This document shows, in pieces, positions 63,033-64,000 of a stretch of DNA of 64,000 nucleotides. The notes beneath the pieces are model-generated. The model was not told the origin of the DNA, did not search any database, and worked only from the letters and a program-made list of their open reading frames with translations. The DNA is taken from NCBI GenBank assembly GCA_963809485.1, contig CAWEJX010000006.1, positions 1 to 64,000 on the forward strand, read 5' to 3'. The stretch's first letter is position 1, and every line of letters starts with the position of its first letter. The translations under genes and the position numbers were made by a program. Source of the DNA: an uncultured Acidobacteriota bacterium (GTDB lineage Bacteria; Acidobacteriota; UBA6911).

Positions 63033-64000
63033 CAAAAGCTTTTTTGGCGGCAGCTCTCGTTTTCGTCCTTGCTCAGGTCCCGGAGACTTCATTTGCCGCA
63101 GCGCGCTTCGAAAGGGTGAGCGATCACTGCTACTGCTTTCAGTCGACCGAGGGCGGGGGAAATGTCGGGGCTGTGGTAACGGATGAAGGAGTTGTAATAA
63201 TTGATCCCCCGCCGGAGCCGGCTTTGTCCGCTGCGGCGGAAGCCCTGAAAAAACTGACCTCAAAAGCCGTACGGTGGGCAGTTTTTACCAGTCCCTCCCG
63301 CATCGGGGAGGAGAGTGCCCGTTATTACTCCGGCCAAGGGGCTGTTCTTGTGGCAAGCGCACAGCTGTACGGCCTGTACGCATCCAGGAATGGCGATTCG
63401 AAGGCTGCGGGCCCCGAAGCCCGCGGAGGAAACCCCGCCAAGCCGACGGACGCATCCTGGTACATTTTCGACCGTCAGATGCGCCTGTTTCCCGCAAATC
63501 TGGAAGTGCGCATAGTCGCATTGCAGCCGAAATCCCGGACCGGCGGGGATGTCTTTGTATTTGTTCCCGCGGAAAAAGTTCTGTTCGTGGGAGGGCTCTA
63601 CGAACCCGCGAGATACCCGGACATCGATGTGGCGCTGGGGGGGAATGCCGATGGCTGGATTGAGGGGCTGAGCCAGGTCGTCGATTCGGTGCCGTTGTTG
63701 AAAGCCGCAATCCCCGCAGCAAAAGCTTCACCTAAATCCTCGCCGAAACCGGCGGCAAAGCCTGAGAAAAAACCTGCCGCAAAACCCGAAGAAGCGGAGG
63801 ACGAAGAGGAGAAGACCCTCGAAGAGTCAGTTACCATCGTATCCGTTTCCGGCAACGCCTCAAATCTTCGGGAAATGAAGGACATGCTGCAAACATCGCG
63901 GAAGCTTCGGAATGATATTTCGAGGTCTGCCAGGACAGGAGGCAGCTGTGAGAATTTCCTCGCTTCCTCCCGGTCGGGAGCGTACCGGAATTTTGCGAAT
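63029..64000 (+). CDS. Secreted MBL-fold protein with degenerate metal ligands (runs off window; absent from ORF track)
   Basis: Manual translation: signal peptide, GGNVGAVVTDEGVVIID, TGGDVFVFVPAEKVLFVG, YPDID..LGGNADGWI; ATGA overlap with upstream gene. Confidence 0.8.
   Translation, partial: MTKAFLAAALVFVLAQVPETSFAAARFERVSDHCYCFQSTEGGGNVGAVVTDEGVVIIDPPPEPALSAAAEALKKLTSKAVRWAVFTSPSRIGEESARYYSGQGAVLVASAQLYGLYASRNGDSKAAGPEARGGNPAKPTDASWYIFDRQMRLFPANLEVRIVALQPKSRTGGDVFVFVPAEKVLFVGGLYEPARYPDIDVALGGNADGWIEGLSQVVDSVPLLKAAIPAAKASPKSSPKPAAKPEKKPAAKPEEAEDEEEKTLEESVTIVSVSGNASNLREMKDMLQTSRKLRNDISRSARTGGSCENFLASSRSGAYRNFAN

Overview
Bacterial window of moderately high GC. The gene families suggest an anaerobic or facultative Acidobacteriota-like genome (inference). 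It opens with a truncated tyrosine integrase beside tRNA-Ser(GGA), then housekeeping and accessory genes: cyclophilin, sugar epimerase, an NtrY/NtrX-like pair, trmL, TonB, cydAB, tRNA-Cys, TerC, corA, glgB, NRAMP/CBS and CbiMQO-type metal transporters. There are several gene remnants and a dispersed IS200/IS605-derived non-autonomous element (4 full and 2 partial copies). The centrepiece is a 12-gene formate-hydrogenlyase-2-like operon (33880-47250). Its group 4 [NiFe]-hydrogenase large subunit has in-frame TGA codons at BOTH cysteine positions of the N-terminal metal-binding motif (ERI-TGA-GI-TGA-G), immediately followed by a SECIS-like hairpin. The C-terminal DPCFSC motif and the partner formate dehydrogenase use Cys. 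This suggests a double-selenocysteine (UxxU) group 4 hydrogenase, unlike characterised [NiFeSe] enzymes. Read-level confirmation is needed because the assembly has many indels, especially in the first 6 kb. An orphan PhnD-like lipoprotein gene sits inside the operon.
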